From positions 1,614,001 through 1,678,000 of the forward strand of contig CM119373.1 of the NCBI GenBank assembly GCA_051294905.1: DNA of 64,000 nt, in the 5' to 3' direction. The stretch comes from Botryllus schlosseri (taxonomy: Eukaryota). The notes below the pieces were generated by a model, which did no database searches, was not told the DNA's origin, and was given only the letters and a program-made list of their open reading frames with translations. The first letter of the stretch is position 1. Every line of letters starts with the position of its first letter. Below, piece after piece: positions 35,110-48,044 of the stretch. The translations under genes and the position numbers were made by a program.

Positions 35110-36400
35110 GATTCACTAGCATGTAAGTCAGAGTGGCGCGTGCTTGCAAATAGAAACATATTCTCAACGGTTATTTGGCATTCTTTGCGTACACCATCGT
35201 ATGCTAGGAAATGAAGCCAGTTGACGCAGTCTGGTGGCACCAACACTGGAACCAAATGGTTTATCCCTTTCCCACATTGGTATATAACCTTGAGGATTCT
35301 GCAACAGAACCTGTTCATTGGATCCCAAGCCTTCGGTTCTCTGTAAATTGGTCCATTTTTCGTTTTTACTATCGATCCAGTCGATCCTTGATGTGAAGAC
35401 GACTTGGCTCACCACCTCTTCTGGCATTAAACAAGGTTGACCTGGAAATTACCAAGTCCCGATGAAAATGATTTTTTCTGGATATGGGGCATCATACTAG
35501 TCAGCAAGTAGTGTCTAAAGTTGTTTCACCGTATATTCCCTTAGTCGTTTAACTTGGCCTTCATTCGGAAGTATTGTTAGCTTCCTCAAATCATCGATTC
35601 TACTATGTGCTGCCGGGTACTATGCGTCTGCAAAAATGACATACCATTGCATCTTCAATACATCTTCAAATTTTATGGTATCTTCTGCATATTTGTCGAT
35701 ATCCTGTATTAAATAGTGTGCTTTCAGTCGTTTTATAGTGGTTTTCAGCAAATTTGCAATCATCAGTTGTAGCCCTATTTCAAGTTTCCTTCATTATCGA
35801 AAGTAATGTTACGGATTGCCTAGGCCAGGGCATACAAATTTCTCTTGTTAAGCATTTCCTTGATGTCAATTGATTTGTTTCCGATTATCTTCGAAAACCC
35901 CGGGTATAGATTGGCAAGAAGCCGCAAACCGGTCATTACCGATTTTCTGGTTTTCACCATCTTTCCGACCTTGGGCTTGTTCTTGTTGAACTGACTTCTC
36001 CCAACAAGTTTTATAATTGGGTTTCGTCGACCTAACATACCGGCTTCGTCACTATTGAACCTCGATAGCAGGGTAACAAAATCAGGGCAGGCACTGCCCT
36101 CAATTATTTCCATGGTGTGTCCGACTACATTTCCAACATCATACCGTTTCACGTACAATTTGAGCATGTGTCGGAAAGGAGCGTCGGGCATAAAAGCCCT
36201 GGCAATATGGCGAATTTTTAATTTGGAAAGCCGGCTTCTTCTTTCACAGATCAATGGCATCTGCATTTGCAGCATTTTTTGATATGTTGCATGATTGCTT
36301 GTTTACTTATTATATCAAATTTGAGAGACCGTAATATCCGTTCAAAGCCAGAGCTTCTTTGAATTCATCTTCCTCTGGATGCTTATTTATTCAATATCGG
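35110..36400 (-). pseudogene. Decayed tyrosine-recombinase-like ORF (FNARRGGEP family)
   Basis: Across frameshifts: ...RKSVMTGLRLLANLY...GLQLMIANLLKTTIKRLKAHYL...RDLVISRSTLFNARRGGEPSRL..DW...LKVIYQCGKGINHLVPVLVPPDC...R...ENMFLFAST..S..HAS; box I Arg and catalytic Lys candidates visible, HxxR/H/Y portion missing. Confidence 0.6.
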
Positions 36401-37501
36401 TTGAGTGTCGGTTGGAACTTCTTGCAGTAAAGACATGGCCTTCCGGCCTTTTCTTTATTTTGGAAGCCACAGCTATCTGTTTTGGAGTCGAGGTTTCCAG
36501 GTCTGTCCACTCACAACCAGAACCATCTGAAGCCCACGTTGACGACTGTGAGCCGCACGAGTCCACTTCGAAATAGTAAATTTTCATAAACACACAATGG
36601 CGCTGTTAAATATGAGAATATTATGTCGAAGACTAATGTTGAGAATGAAATGGAGCAAAATATTGTAAACTCACCCCCTTGATGTCCGCTGCGACCAGCC
36701 TCTCCATCGTTATATTCATAATAGAGTGTTTTTTCGTCTTTTACACATATGAGAAGTTTCACACGAATCATCTCGATCACTGCATCGCATTTTAGTAGTA
36801 CTGATGATATGTAGTGATGATCCAAGCCTCTTCTGGGCACTATCTTAATTGTCAACAGTATCTGGAAGATGCTTATTGCGATTGGCTGTATTGAAACGAA
36901 TTTGCTTCGGTTAAGGCTATCATATTGCATCTATCATGTATCATGCTGCCTGTTACTTCAGATTCAAGAGTGACTGATGTGTCGCATATTGATATATGGT
37001 TTTCATAAAAGGGTTGCTGTCCATACGCTGTATTCAACATTGCAACAACAGTAAGTAACAGGTAGGCAGCGTGCCGGTGTTTTTGATGCTGTAGCCGAGG
37101 AGTGGCCAACCTGCGGCCGCAGCAGAAAATTTGTGCGTTCGTGAACACGTATTTCGATAAGTATGTGTTGGCGTCCGTCGACATGAAAATTGAATTTGCG
37201 AATTTACTCCCAAATTTTTAGGAGATTTTGGTCAACCTTGCAATTTTCTTCGCGCTGCACGCGATTCTACGCGTCTTCAATTTTCGATTTTAATATAGCA
37301 GCGCCCTTTGCAGCCTGAGCACCACGGTACAGATGTAAACAGCAACGAAAAGTGATGCGCTCCATATAGAAATACCAACTTGAAATCGTGTCCTCCTCAC
37401 GAAAGGAATTTGCTTCTATGATGCGTTTGGGTGATTTCGATATCGTTCCATATACCGCCAATCGTGATGGGAGATCAAGAAGTAACAAAGGGACTTATTA
37501 C

Positions 37502-39614
37502 TAGGGCTGTACACCAGAGTTGGATCAATTGTAATTTGTAATTGTAATTGAATGTATTTAATTACATTTTTCAATGTAATTGTAATGTAATTGTAATTGA
37601 AGCATTTTTATTTTGTGTAATTGTAATTGTAATTGTAATTTGACAAAAATTTTGCTCAATTACAATTTCAATTACATTAGATTGCTATTGAGACCTGACA
37701 AGCACAACATAAAACAATTGACTTATAATGCATTCTCTTTAAACGAACGACAAGGAATATGGTGGATCCATTCGCGGAAGCCCTTGACTGCGCCCTTGCG
37801 GGCGAAGTTTATTTTTATTTTTACCGCTATGCTGGCCTCGGCTGCCATTCAATACAATTTTTAAATTATACTAACCAACCGATGTATTCGCAACACGTGA
37901 CTCACGATTGAATACGCCGAGAAGCGAACTGCTGAGCCGGCTAAAAGCAGCAGAATAGATAGTCCCACAGCTGGCGATCCAAGAGTCGAAATTTGATATG
38001 TATGGTCGTAATCGAAAGCTAGTGTCGCACTGATTCCGCGATAAAAGTATATTTCCAGGCAATGGTACCATCCCAAAATAGTCGTGAAAGTCTGGGAATC
38101 GGCATTGTTCTGAACAATCGCTATGGGCGTAACTGGTAATTGTTGTAGTCATGCTGCTGAAGCGCTCTCACATTTCAGAACAGTCGGCCTCAAACGGCTA
38201 TTTTGGAGCAGTTACATTGCCCTGACGAGATTTTATTTTGTATTTTCGGAATTAGTACATCAATAGCTTACGATGAAGACCAGATGCATCAAATTCGGAC
38301 GCATGGATCGCCAGCTCTAGCACTATAAAGTTTGCTGGTTTTAGCCGACTTTTCAGTACGTTTGTCGGTGCATTCATCCGTGACTCACATATTGCGCATC
38401 TATCCGTGGGTTGGCAATCTACAATACGATTTCAGATCACGATGATGCATCGTTATTTCGTCTGGCTAACTAACCAGACCACTGGATATTATATAACGTC
38501 TTATCTGACAAAGCACGGTTTTGTTTTTACTCCTCATCCTAATTCCTACGTCCCTCGATAAAAATAATATTGTTTCTTTAATTATATACTATATACGCAA
38601 ATCCAACACATGCATATATTATAATACTTTTTCAACGACATACTGCACCCTATCCTCAATCCTAACCCATAGGAAATTAGGTAAATAACATTTTACATTT
38701 CCAATTACGTGAGCCATAATTACCTAGCATACAAAACACGCTTACATTACGTCACAGTGACATCTTACATAGCATACTATGTAGCCTACGCACATCAACG
38801 CAATTATTACTACACAATCTGAACTAGACTTGAATTGTTGTTAAATACGACGCTACGGTTGTCAAGGACCACGGTTGAATTTATGACTATTCAATTACAT
38901 GTTCAACAGCAGCAATTGTAATTGTAATGTAATTGATGCATGCAAGGAGTAATTGTAATTGTAATTGTAATGTAATTGATGCATGCAAGGAGTAATTGTA
39001 ATTGTAATTGTAATTTGATATTTTTAGCATGGAGTAATTGTAATTGTAATGTAATTGAAACATTCATGAAAGTAATTGTAATTGTAATTGTAATTGAACT
39101 GAAATAATGTAATTGATCCAACTCTGCTGTACACAATGATTTGAGTACTCGAATCTGAATTGAGTATTAATTTTAATGATTCGAGTCGAGTAGTAAATGG
39201 CGATTTTTTCGAGTACTGGAAATATACCCTCCTTGCCGCTGAAAGTTGATTTATTAACGAGAATTGTAGTTTCGATACTAATTTTCACTGTTGAAGCCTT
39301 GAAATCTTGATTGGCCGTATCGTAGCATACGAAACAAACAGTACTAAGTACAAAAGTTACTGGAAATAGCACATTTCCGAAGTCGTGGGATGGAAATAGC
39401 ACATTTCCGAAGTCATGGTCATCCCACAACATTGTCACCAAGTGCATTGAAATCGGTAATGTCGCAAAAATACCAAATCATCTTTAATGTGATGGATAAC
39501 AGACAGTATTCTTTGTGGTCGCATAAAAGGTATATATATATTTGAAGTTTGACATATTTATTCTGTTATGTCGTCATAATCAATCACTCAGGTACTCGAT
39601 TTTGCCCAGCCCTA
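37502..39614. mobile_element. hAT-like MITE with TAGGGCTG ends, disrupted in its left TIR by 37515-39126
   Basis: TAGGGCTG at 37502 / CAGCCCTA at 39614; TSD CTTATTAC / CCTATTAC; ACTCGA subterminal motifs. Confidence 0.7.
37515..39126. mobile_element. Non-autonomous hAT-like element with (GTAATT)n subterminal arrays
   Basis: TIRs CAGAGTTGGATCAATT / AATTGATCCAACTCTG; perfect TSD CTGTACAC (37507-37514, 39127-39134). Confidence 0.92.
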
Positions 39615-39853
39615 CCTATTACAATTGGTCCGTGGATACATCGTGATTTATAACTTGCCCTAAATTTTAGAAAACCCACCCTCCATTAATTTTACCGGGG
39701 AATCTGATCACATTGGCTGAGAATATGTGAAACTACGAATATTAATGACAAAATTCATTCGTGAATCTGTAAATCTTTCGCGCTTCGCGCGACCATGTCG
39801 TAATTAGGACTCTATTCATAACATGACCACTCGCGATTTTGGTGCTTCTAACC

Positions 39854-40695
39854 CAGGGGTGGGCAATTATTTTTCTTGGCGGGCCAAATGAGAAGCAGAA
39901 AATATGTTGGCGGGCCGAGTCAGAAATTTTAGCTGCGTTCTCGAGCGTACTGATTTTATTACTAAACTGAAAGCAATGAATTACACTAAATAGTGCTCAG
40001 AGGATGTGTTGATATTTGGGAATGAGAAAGTTATGGTTAATTATCATAAAAAAAACATATTTATTTGCCCTCATATTATGAAACAATGTTAAAACGATAA
40101 CTTTGAACTCTCTTTAAACCCCTATCCGCGTCTTTCTGTCAATACAAAAAAAAATGTGTGTGGAATGGCCGAAACAGCCCATCAATGGCCGAAACAGCCC
40201 ATCGTCAGCCCCCTCAGACGTTGATCTTGGACCCCAATTGTGTTTTATTTAAACCGAACTCCTGGGGCTTCGCCCCTAGACCAGACCCATCAGAATGCAC
40301 GTTTTTAACACTACTTCTGAGCGAGATTTCTTGTATAGACTAATTGGCAACGTTTCATGCCCTAATCGCGCGAAACGTGGAATTTTTCCATGATTCCTGA
40401 TTCAGTCGGTCAATAATTTTGGTAATTGCATATATGTTGCTATATTTATTAGCCTCTCTCAGCCCACGTACTCAGTTCTACCGATAGAGCTGACTGAGGT
40501 GCTGCCTTGGAAATATTACTTTGTTACGTGTTGTTATTTAGTGTAGTACCTCCCGTCTTCTATAGGAAAAGATGGTGAAATCGCCAAAGCGTACTAAACT
40601 AAAAGGCGCACACGAAAACGAATTTCCGGGTCAGTTTAACAACCTCTCGCGGGCCGCACAGAATAGCTTCACGGGCCGCACTTTGCCCAGGCCTG
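39854..40695. mobile_element. Non-autonomous hAT (Charlie/Buster-type) element
   Basis: TIRs CAGGGGTGGGCAA / TTGCCCAGGCCTG; perfect TSD TTCTAACC (39846-39853, 40696-40703). Confidence 0.88.
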
Positions 40696-41772
40696 TTCTA
40701 ACCTATATAGTAAGCCGATATCAATAAATAGGTTAGTCTGGAGCTCACCGAAAATGGATATGGACAGTTTGAATTGGGTATTGGGCGTCCAGTTTGTTCA
40801 TTACGAACTATGTCCTGGAATGCGGCCGTAGGCTGCATGCCTTCGAAATGCGGCCGTGAATAGCAAAAAGGTTGGCCACCCCTTCTGTAGCCTAATGATA
40901 TGAATGCATCGTATTGTTTTGAGATATTGGTTGTGTTTGTCCGAAGGTGTGAAATTAAAAAATCTTCGAGTAGCGTGCAGTCGCCCCTAACAAGACACCT
41001 TCCTTGCAAAGTCAATGCTATTAACCTTCAAAATTTTAACCGCTGATCATCACCAAGAAATGATTGCACGATGATTCACATCAAAGACCTCACATCGTAA
41101 TAACGTACGTTACGTATCAATGTATAATTGCTCGTTTAAGATATCGCACAGCTCACCCCAATCGCCATTATATTACGGGAGATTGTTGGACTAGGTTCTA
41201 TTGCCGACGTGGACGTTGTTTACGGGAATGGCAACTTCGGTCTAATGACCGCCGATTTCAGCAAATATCTTTCGCACTCAGAGGAGCTCAGAACCGTTTC
41301 AGAGGTCTCAAACTCAAATGTCCTCGCGGGCCAGTTTTGACGGGCCGCAGCATATATAGGGGTATTATATGTTTTTCCAAGTAGGCCTTATTTGACGGGA
41401 TGGAATTGTCCTATTGAAAGTAAGCCGATCCAACAGGGTGACAAACACACATCGTCAAAATGTGATTTTCTCTTGTATCAATTTAGGCGTGACAGGAAAA
41501 AAAATCATCACATTTATAACTATTTGAAGAGAATTCTTGTTGTACTTGATACATATTGATTATAAGATATAGACACAATATGATGTTATCAATAAAGTTA
41601 TCGCCTTTCGTTATTTCGAATTCATCATATTGATAATAGAGACTGATCTGATATCACAACATTTTTGGGTTGGGCAGTGTAATTCCAATCCAGGATTCGG
41701 GTATACTCCTGATAAATAGGCTATTAATCGCATGGTCAAATATCGTCGAAAATAGGAACAGAAAAATATATA

Positions 41773-42014
41773 TGTTATGTTCGTGCATTTACGTTCAGTG
41801 TTGTTCAACTCCTAATATCTATAGGACTAGTAATTACCGCCAATCATTATTTCCTAGTGTGTCGTGCTTGTATATATACCCTGTGTTCTGTTGTCTCGTG
41901 GTCTTTCATTTAACTGCACTCTGGATCGTGTCGCCTGCCTTAAAGTTATTCTGCTGATAATATACTGATTTCGTATTGCTACCTCGTCGTATTGAGTTAA
42001 TGTTCAAACAAGAT
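41773..42014 (+). repeat. 5' LTR (last 13 bp missing)
   Basis: TGTTATGTTC start; 5 mismatches to 3' LTR over 242 bp; breaks at AAGAT into inverted gag. Confidence 0.92.
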
Positions 42015-42563
42015 TCAGCGATTGGTTTGTGTTAGACAATGCCGTCTCACATCCGCGTGCGGCGTTTCTTTAATGATGAGATCGCGCATTAGCTCATCAA
42101 CGTAGCTCTGATCACAGCCATCTCTTGCGCATATGAAGTTGCAATCCTTGGAGATTCCGCGTAGAGTTGCAATCCAATCGGCGTACGATTGCCCCGGTTG
42201 CATTTTGCAATTGTAAAATTCGTACCTGGCTGCTTGCACATGAATGGAGTCCTTGAAGTGTGTAGACAACTTCTCAGTCAACGCGTCGAAGGTTTGCGCA
42301 CTGACATCAGCAGCCCCAAACAAATTACGTAGGAGCGAGTACGTTTCAGGTCCGACCCATGAGAGTAGACACGCTCTTTTTTTCTCCATGCTGGAAATGC
42401 CGTAAATTGCTAGGTGATGGTTGAATCGTTGCAGATATTGGTCCCATTTCTCCTTTGATTTGATGAACGAATCAAACTTGGGAGCAGTAGCTTCAGATGC
42501 TGACGTACCGGGATTCAACCTCTGCGTCAATTTCTGCTCAGTGCCACTCCTCTCCTTCGACAT
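42015..42563 (-). pseudogene. gag: Gypsy gag N-terminal fragment, inverted relative to LTRs and pol
   Basis: PKFDSF...EKWDQYLQRF...LLSWVGPETYSLLRNL...LSTHF...ARYEFYNCKMQPGQSYADWIATLR..SKDCNF is a typical Mag-type gag. Confidence 0.85.
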
Positions 42564-45500
42564 CGATCAACTATATCGACGCGTGGGAAACCAGCTCTGG
42601 ATCAACTCCAGCATCAACGGCATTCCCTTGCCGACACAGTGGGACACTGGTGCACCCTCCGCCATGGTGGGATTGACTGGGTACAAAACTTTGGTCTCTC
42701 CGAAACTCTCAGCATACCATTGCTCTTTCGTAGCGTACGGCGACAAGCCTTTGAAAGTGAAAGGTATTTGCACTGTAACCGTACAGGTGGGTTCTGAAGT
42801 TCGAGTTGGCTTAAAATTGGTGGTTCTCGACGAACACCGTGGGCAAAACATTTTTGGTCTTGATTGGAGCGATGCTTTCTCCATGACCGCTAAGGGAACG
42901 TCTGCTTTGGATGCAATTTCTTCGCAGATGGTCAAATCGCAATCATGTAATACTGTTGACATTTCTGATTCGAACGACAAATTGGTATCTTTTCAGTCCA
43001 AATTTCCCTCCGTTTTCTCTAATGTATTAGGACGATGCACCAAGACAAAGGTGACAATTCACTAGAAACCTAATGCCAAGCCCGTATTTAACAAGCCACG
43101 CCCTTTGCCTTTCGCAAGGCAAATCGCTGTTCAAACCGAATTGGATAGATTAGTCAATCAAGGTATCCTCGAACCAATCAATTACAGTGATTGGGCAGCA
43201 CCAATTGTTGCCGTCACTAAATCAAATGGATCAGTACGCATTTGTGGTGACTTCAAAGCATTGAATCAACAAATCCAGATAGATCAACATCCCCTGCCCG
43301 CCTTAGATGAAATTCTTCACAAGTTACAGGGTGGTTGTATTTTCACGAAAATTGATCTTGCCGATGCTTCTTTTCAGCTAGAATTAGATGATGATGCGAA
43401 GAATTTGTGTGTCATCAACACGCAATTGGGTCTATTCCGTTATCGACGCATGTGTTTCGGAGTCGCATCTAGTCCCGCAAATTTTCAACGCTGTATTGAT
43501 GCCATGATCGCCGGCTTACCCGGTGTTGCTAGTTTTATCGATGACATAATCGTTACAGGCATTGATGAACGCGACCATTTTCGCAACTTATCGCTACTCT
43601 TTGAGCGCCTCACCGAATACGGTTTCACCGTCAATTTCGCGAAATGTGAATTTTTCAAAAGTAGTATCGAGTACCTTGGTCATATAATCGACAAGGACGG
43701 CAAACGCCCCTCTCACAAATCCGTTGAAGCAATCAAACAGTTGCCTAAACCTCAGGATGTTTGTCAGCTACAGGCATTCCTGGGCAAAGTCAATTATTAT
43801 CGCGCGTTTATTCCTAATTTCACGAATAAAGCCGCTGCCTTGTACCGTCTTCTTCAAAAAGACGCGGAATTCATTTGGAATACGGACTGTGACGCAGCTT
43901 TTCGCATTCTCAAAAACGACGTAATCGACGCTACGCAGTTAGCTCATTATGATGTAAACAAGCGGCTCATTTTGTCAACGGATGCTTCTCAATTCGGAAT
44001 CGGCGCTGTCCTCTCAATCGAGCACAATGGCGAAGAGTGACCGATCGCGCACGCATCGAAAACACTTTCAGATTCGCAAAAATCCTACTCTAAAATAGAG
44101 AAGGAAGCTCTGTCAATCATTTACGGAGTCACTAAATTTCGTCAATTCTTGTAGGGTAGAAAATTTACGCTCGTAACGGACCACAAACCGCTTTTAGCTA
44201 TTTTCTCGCCGGACAAGACAATTCCCGTGATTACAGCGCAACGCTTACAGCGATGGGCACTAACGCTCATGGCTTACCAATACGATATTCGCTATAAACC
44301 GACTAATCAGCACGGTAACGCCGACGGTTTATCTCGCCTACCAAAGGGTCCAGACCTTGAGTTTGACGAACTGGAAATTCGTGAAAACGCGGAGATCGTT
44401 CACGCTATAAATATGGCATTCGATGGCTTACCGTTAACTCGCAATGAAATTCGCGACGCGACGCTGAAGGACAAAACCATGAAACTAGTAAAATTATCTG
44501 TCACTCATGGTAATTGGAATCCAAAGTTGCACATTGATGATTTTTCTTGGTTTTCGACTCGCAAACATTCGCTTTCTTTGCACGAAGGCATAGTCATGCT
44601 CAATATTGATGGTTTTCAGCGCGTAGTAATTCCGCAGTCACTTCGCTAGCGAGTCTTATCATTGTTGCACGAAGGACATTGGGGTATCGCGAAAATGAAG
44701 CAGATGGCTCGACGTTACATCGCATGGCCTTCCATTAATCGCGACATTGAAAATCTCGATAAGAGTTGCGACGCTTGCCGTAAGGTAATGAAAGCGCCTG
44801 ATCGTCAGTATCGCGAATGGCCTAAAACTTCTGAAAGCTTTGAACGAATTCACTTGGATTTCGCAGGTCCAATTAACAATAAAATGTTTCTTGTCATCGT
44901 CGATGCGCATTCGAAATATCCTTTCGTTAAAGTAATGAATGTCGGTTCTACCACAACCTTGCGTGTGGTCAACGCTTTGAGGGAAGTCTTCTCTATTGAA
45001 GGCTTGCCCGTAACAATCGTCACGCATGGCGGACCGCAATTCGCATCGAATGAATTCGATACGTTTTGTTCTAATTTGGCAATCAGCCATCTCGTATCAC
45101 CGTCTTTTCACCCTGCATCAAACGGGGAAGCGGAGCGTTTCGTCCAGACTTTGAAAGCTGGATTGATAAAAAATTGCGACGGGGGAAAAGATATTAACTT
45201 CGCGCTCCAAACACTTCTCGCTACTTACCGATGTGCACCGCACCCGGGCATAGACTGGAAAACGCCTGCCGAGATTTTACATGGTCGACAGCCGCGTAAT
45301 TTGTTAAGTTTGTGCTCGCCCTTCGACAAATCGAAACCCGTTACGCCTGGACAATCAGTCACTCATTTCGAGATTGGTTCCTCGGTTTACGCTCGCAGTT
45401 ACCGAAGCGGATCAAAGTGGGTTGCTGGCGTGGTGACGGAAATACTGGGGCGTGTTGTGTTCATTATAAAAACAGATCATGGGTATTGGAGAAGGCACAA

Positions 45501-45699
45501 GAACCAACTCCAACCACGCTTGATTTCAGCTGGCAATAATACAGCCACACAGGAAGTTGTTCAGCCTCAACAGTCACAAGCTGAGCAACCATTGGTTAGG
45601 AACAGGGCACAAGGTCCTGCAGCTAGTCCTGCCCGTACGTCGGGTAGACGTTATCCTCTTAGGAATAGGAAACCCCCGGATTTCTATAGACCTACGTAA
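42564..45699 (+). pseudogene. pol: Gypsy pol (protease, RT, RNase H, integrase) with four in-frame stops
   Basis: Single frame: WDTGA protease, WAAPIV/RICGDF/KIDL/FIDDII RT, TDAS RNase H, HEGHWG..C..C and RIHLDFAGP/SNGEAER integrase; stops at 43063, 44038, 44152, 44647; integrase second Asp reads His (VTHGGPQF). Confidence 0.93.
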
Positions 45700-45732
45700 A
45701 TGTGGGCATCCCTTTAACTTACAGGGGAGGAC

Positions 45733-45987
45733 TGTTATGTTCGTGCATTGACGTTCAGTGTTGTTCAACTCCTAATTTCTATAGGACTAGTAATTACCGC
45801 CAATCATTATTTCCTCGTGTGTCGTGCTTGTATTTATACCCTGTGTTCTGTTGTCTCGTGGTCTTTCATTTAACTGCACTCTGGATCGTGTCGCCTGCCT
45901 TAAAGTTATTCTGCTGATAATATACTGATTTCGTATTGCTACCTCGTCGTATTGAGTTATTGTTCAAACAAGATCAAGAACATAACA
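45733..45987 (+). repeat. 3' LTR (255 bp)
   Basis: TGTTATGTTC...GAACATAACA terminal inverted repeat, preceded by polypurine tract. Confidence 0.95.
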
Positions 45988-47111
45988 ATATAAATATAGC
46001 ATGAATATATTAATGAAGGCGTACTAGTAATAGAAATGTTGGAACGCCGAACGGCCCCTCATTGGAGCGTACCACTACGGTACTCGGTAGCCTTAATAAC
46101 ATGTTTCAGAGACCCAATATGAAACTAATAGATTGCCACTGGTTGCCATAACTATTTGCTTAGTTAGCGAATTACCAAACTGCGACCTTCTGATCTATTT
46201 ATTCCCACGACACGCGATTAGTTTGTTGTGTCCATGGTTCTAACAAATTCACGGCATTCCGAGTCCACTCGAGTCATTTTAATTTTTCCATCGAGTCAGT
46301 CCGAGTTCGAGCAATTTTTTATAAAGGTTGCGTCCGAATCCAACTCACAAATTTCAGACACGAATCGTCAAAGGGTCAGGTTTTATCATCATGAAGTGAG
46401 AATGTGGGGAAATAGTGAATCTTCCACGGCATGGTAGCGTTTGCAATTGATGTGATAGTGAAGTTTGATTATTAGTTTCAGGCTTTCAGAGCAAGGGAAT
46501 TTACACTTTATAACCTGAAAAGATATATGTGACACTTATATATTGTCAAATTTGTAAAAATCTAAAATGTCGTCGCGGGTCGCACAAACTGCTTTGGCGG
46601 GCCGCGTGTTTGAGACCTCTGGTTTATGGTATAGTGATATAGAAGCGAACACATCAAGAAATATCCCTGTTGGCAAACCGTACACATATTGTAAATGGAT
46701 AACAACGCTATTTAATAAAATATGCCATATCATCAATCATCGAAAAATTGCGAAACATTACTCCTCGTCAAACTGACTCAATTGATAACACGCTACGCAT
46801 AATGATGGATATATTTCCTTTTCAAAACTTGGTGTCAGCATTGAAAATATTTCGCGCTCGAATCAACAATTTAGAACTTTCAATCATTGCTCTGCTCGAA
46901 TAGTAAATTAACTGAAATGTGTTATAGACTTCTGTTGTTGAATAGAGATAATACTTCTAGGTTCAACTTCAACATGGATATGCTGTAGGCCTACTTCAAG
47001 CGAAACAACTAATATTATGCTACTCGTATAAGAAGCTATATGAACGTTTATCACTAAAATTATTCATTTCTGAAGATACGAGAAAGAAACATACCAACAA
47101 TATGTATAATT

Positions 47112-47488
47112 TGGGGTTACCATACGTCCTCTCTTAAGAGGATTTGTCCTCTTTTTGGGCCATTCTGAAAGTGTCCTCGGAGGACGCCGTTTGCCCTCTT
47201 TTTTGAGGATTTTGGTCATATATATAGCGAAATCCGAATTAGATGCCGTAAATCAGCACCGAAGTGACGCTCTGGTGGATATTCCGGGAGCTGAGCGGAA
47301 AGTTGATATTTTTTTAGTCAACCACCCGACAATGTGAGCGGAAAAACTGTATTTTGGCACCGAGCGAGAAAGATGACCCACCAAGTAGGTAAAATTTACC
47401 ATTTTTGAGAATTTTCCACCGGTTTTGCAAGTCTGAAAATTCTGAAAAGGTGTCATCTTTTTAGATTTCCAAAAGTTGGTAACATTAG
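47112..47488. mobile_element. Degenerate hAT (Blackjack-like) MITE
   Basis: GGGTTACCATA...GTCCTC repeats...TTGGTAACATTA ends; TSD not convincing. Confidence 0.45.
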
Positions 47489-48044
47489 TTTAATTGTATG
47501 TATGCATATAAATTACGATGACCGAAACGATGGCTTATAGTCCATGTCGCGGAAAGCCCGACGAACAAGCCGCTGCTTGATGCATTGGACAGATGTAAAT
47601 TTGCAATTATAATTTAATTGAAAGACTACTGTCATTCAATGCCCTAGAGCAGTGATTCTCAAACTTTTTGTCTTCGCGGACCCCTCGGACCCCCTCAAGT
47701 TTTCGTTCAAAATTAGCTCAATTATCGTGCAACCGTCTTCTGTCTCGTGCGAATAATAATTGCAGGCTAATGATAAACAGCCACAAAATGACTTTTCTAG
47801 AAAATATCATTGCACTTTATGTTGAAATTGGGTAGATTTTTTTTTCATTTCGAAGCGATTTGCAGCTGTATTTATTGTCTTGAAAATTCCTGTCTTCGAT
47901 TTGGTATGAACGAGTGCCGAAAATCCATTTCCACAAAGAACGTGGTGGCGAATGAAATATTAACGCGTAATGCTTTCGGTGAATGTTTTTACTGTGAGTG
48001 GTCAATGAAGTTATCACGTCCAGCCTAGTCATCTCTATCTAGCA

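Larger units (their letters stand above)
41773..45987 (+). mobile_element. Gypsy/Ty3 LTR retrotransposon (Mag/K02A2.6-like), internally rearranged
   Basis: Two LTRs, 5-bp TSD ATATA (41768-41772, 45988-45992), PPT CAGGGGAGGAC before 3' LTR, PR-RT-RH-IN domain order. Confidence 0.95.

Noticed and set aside
37516..39120. CRISPR-like or coding repeats (ITITIT, QLQLQL ORFs; also 58870-61345, 57560-58110)
   Set aside because: Simple hexamer subterminal arrays of MITEs; no repeat-spacer periodicity, no cas genes, eukaryotic context.
41300..46621. Single MITE (CAGAGGTCTC ends) split by the Gypsy insertion
   Set aside because: Flanks AACCGTTT and GTTTATGG do not form a TSD and the internal sequence does not rejoin; probably two independent fragments.
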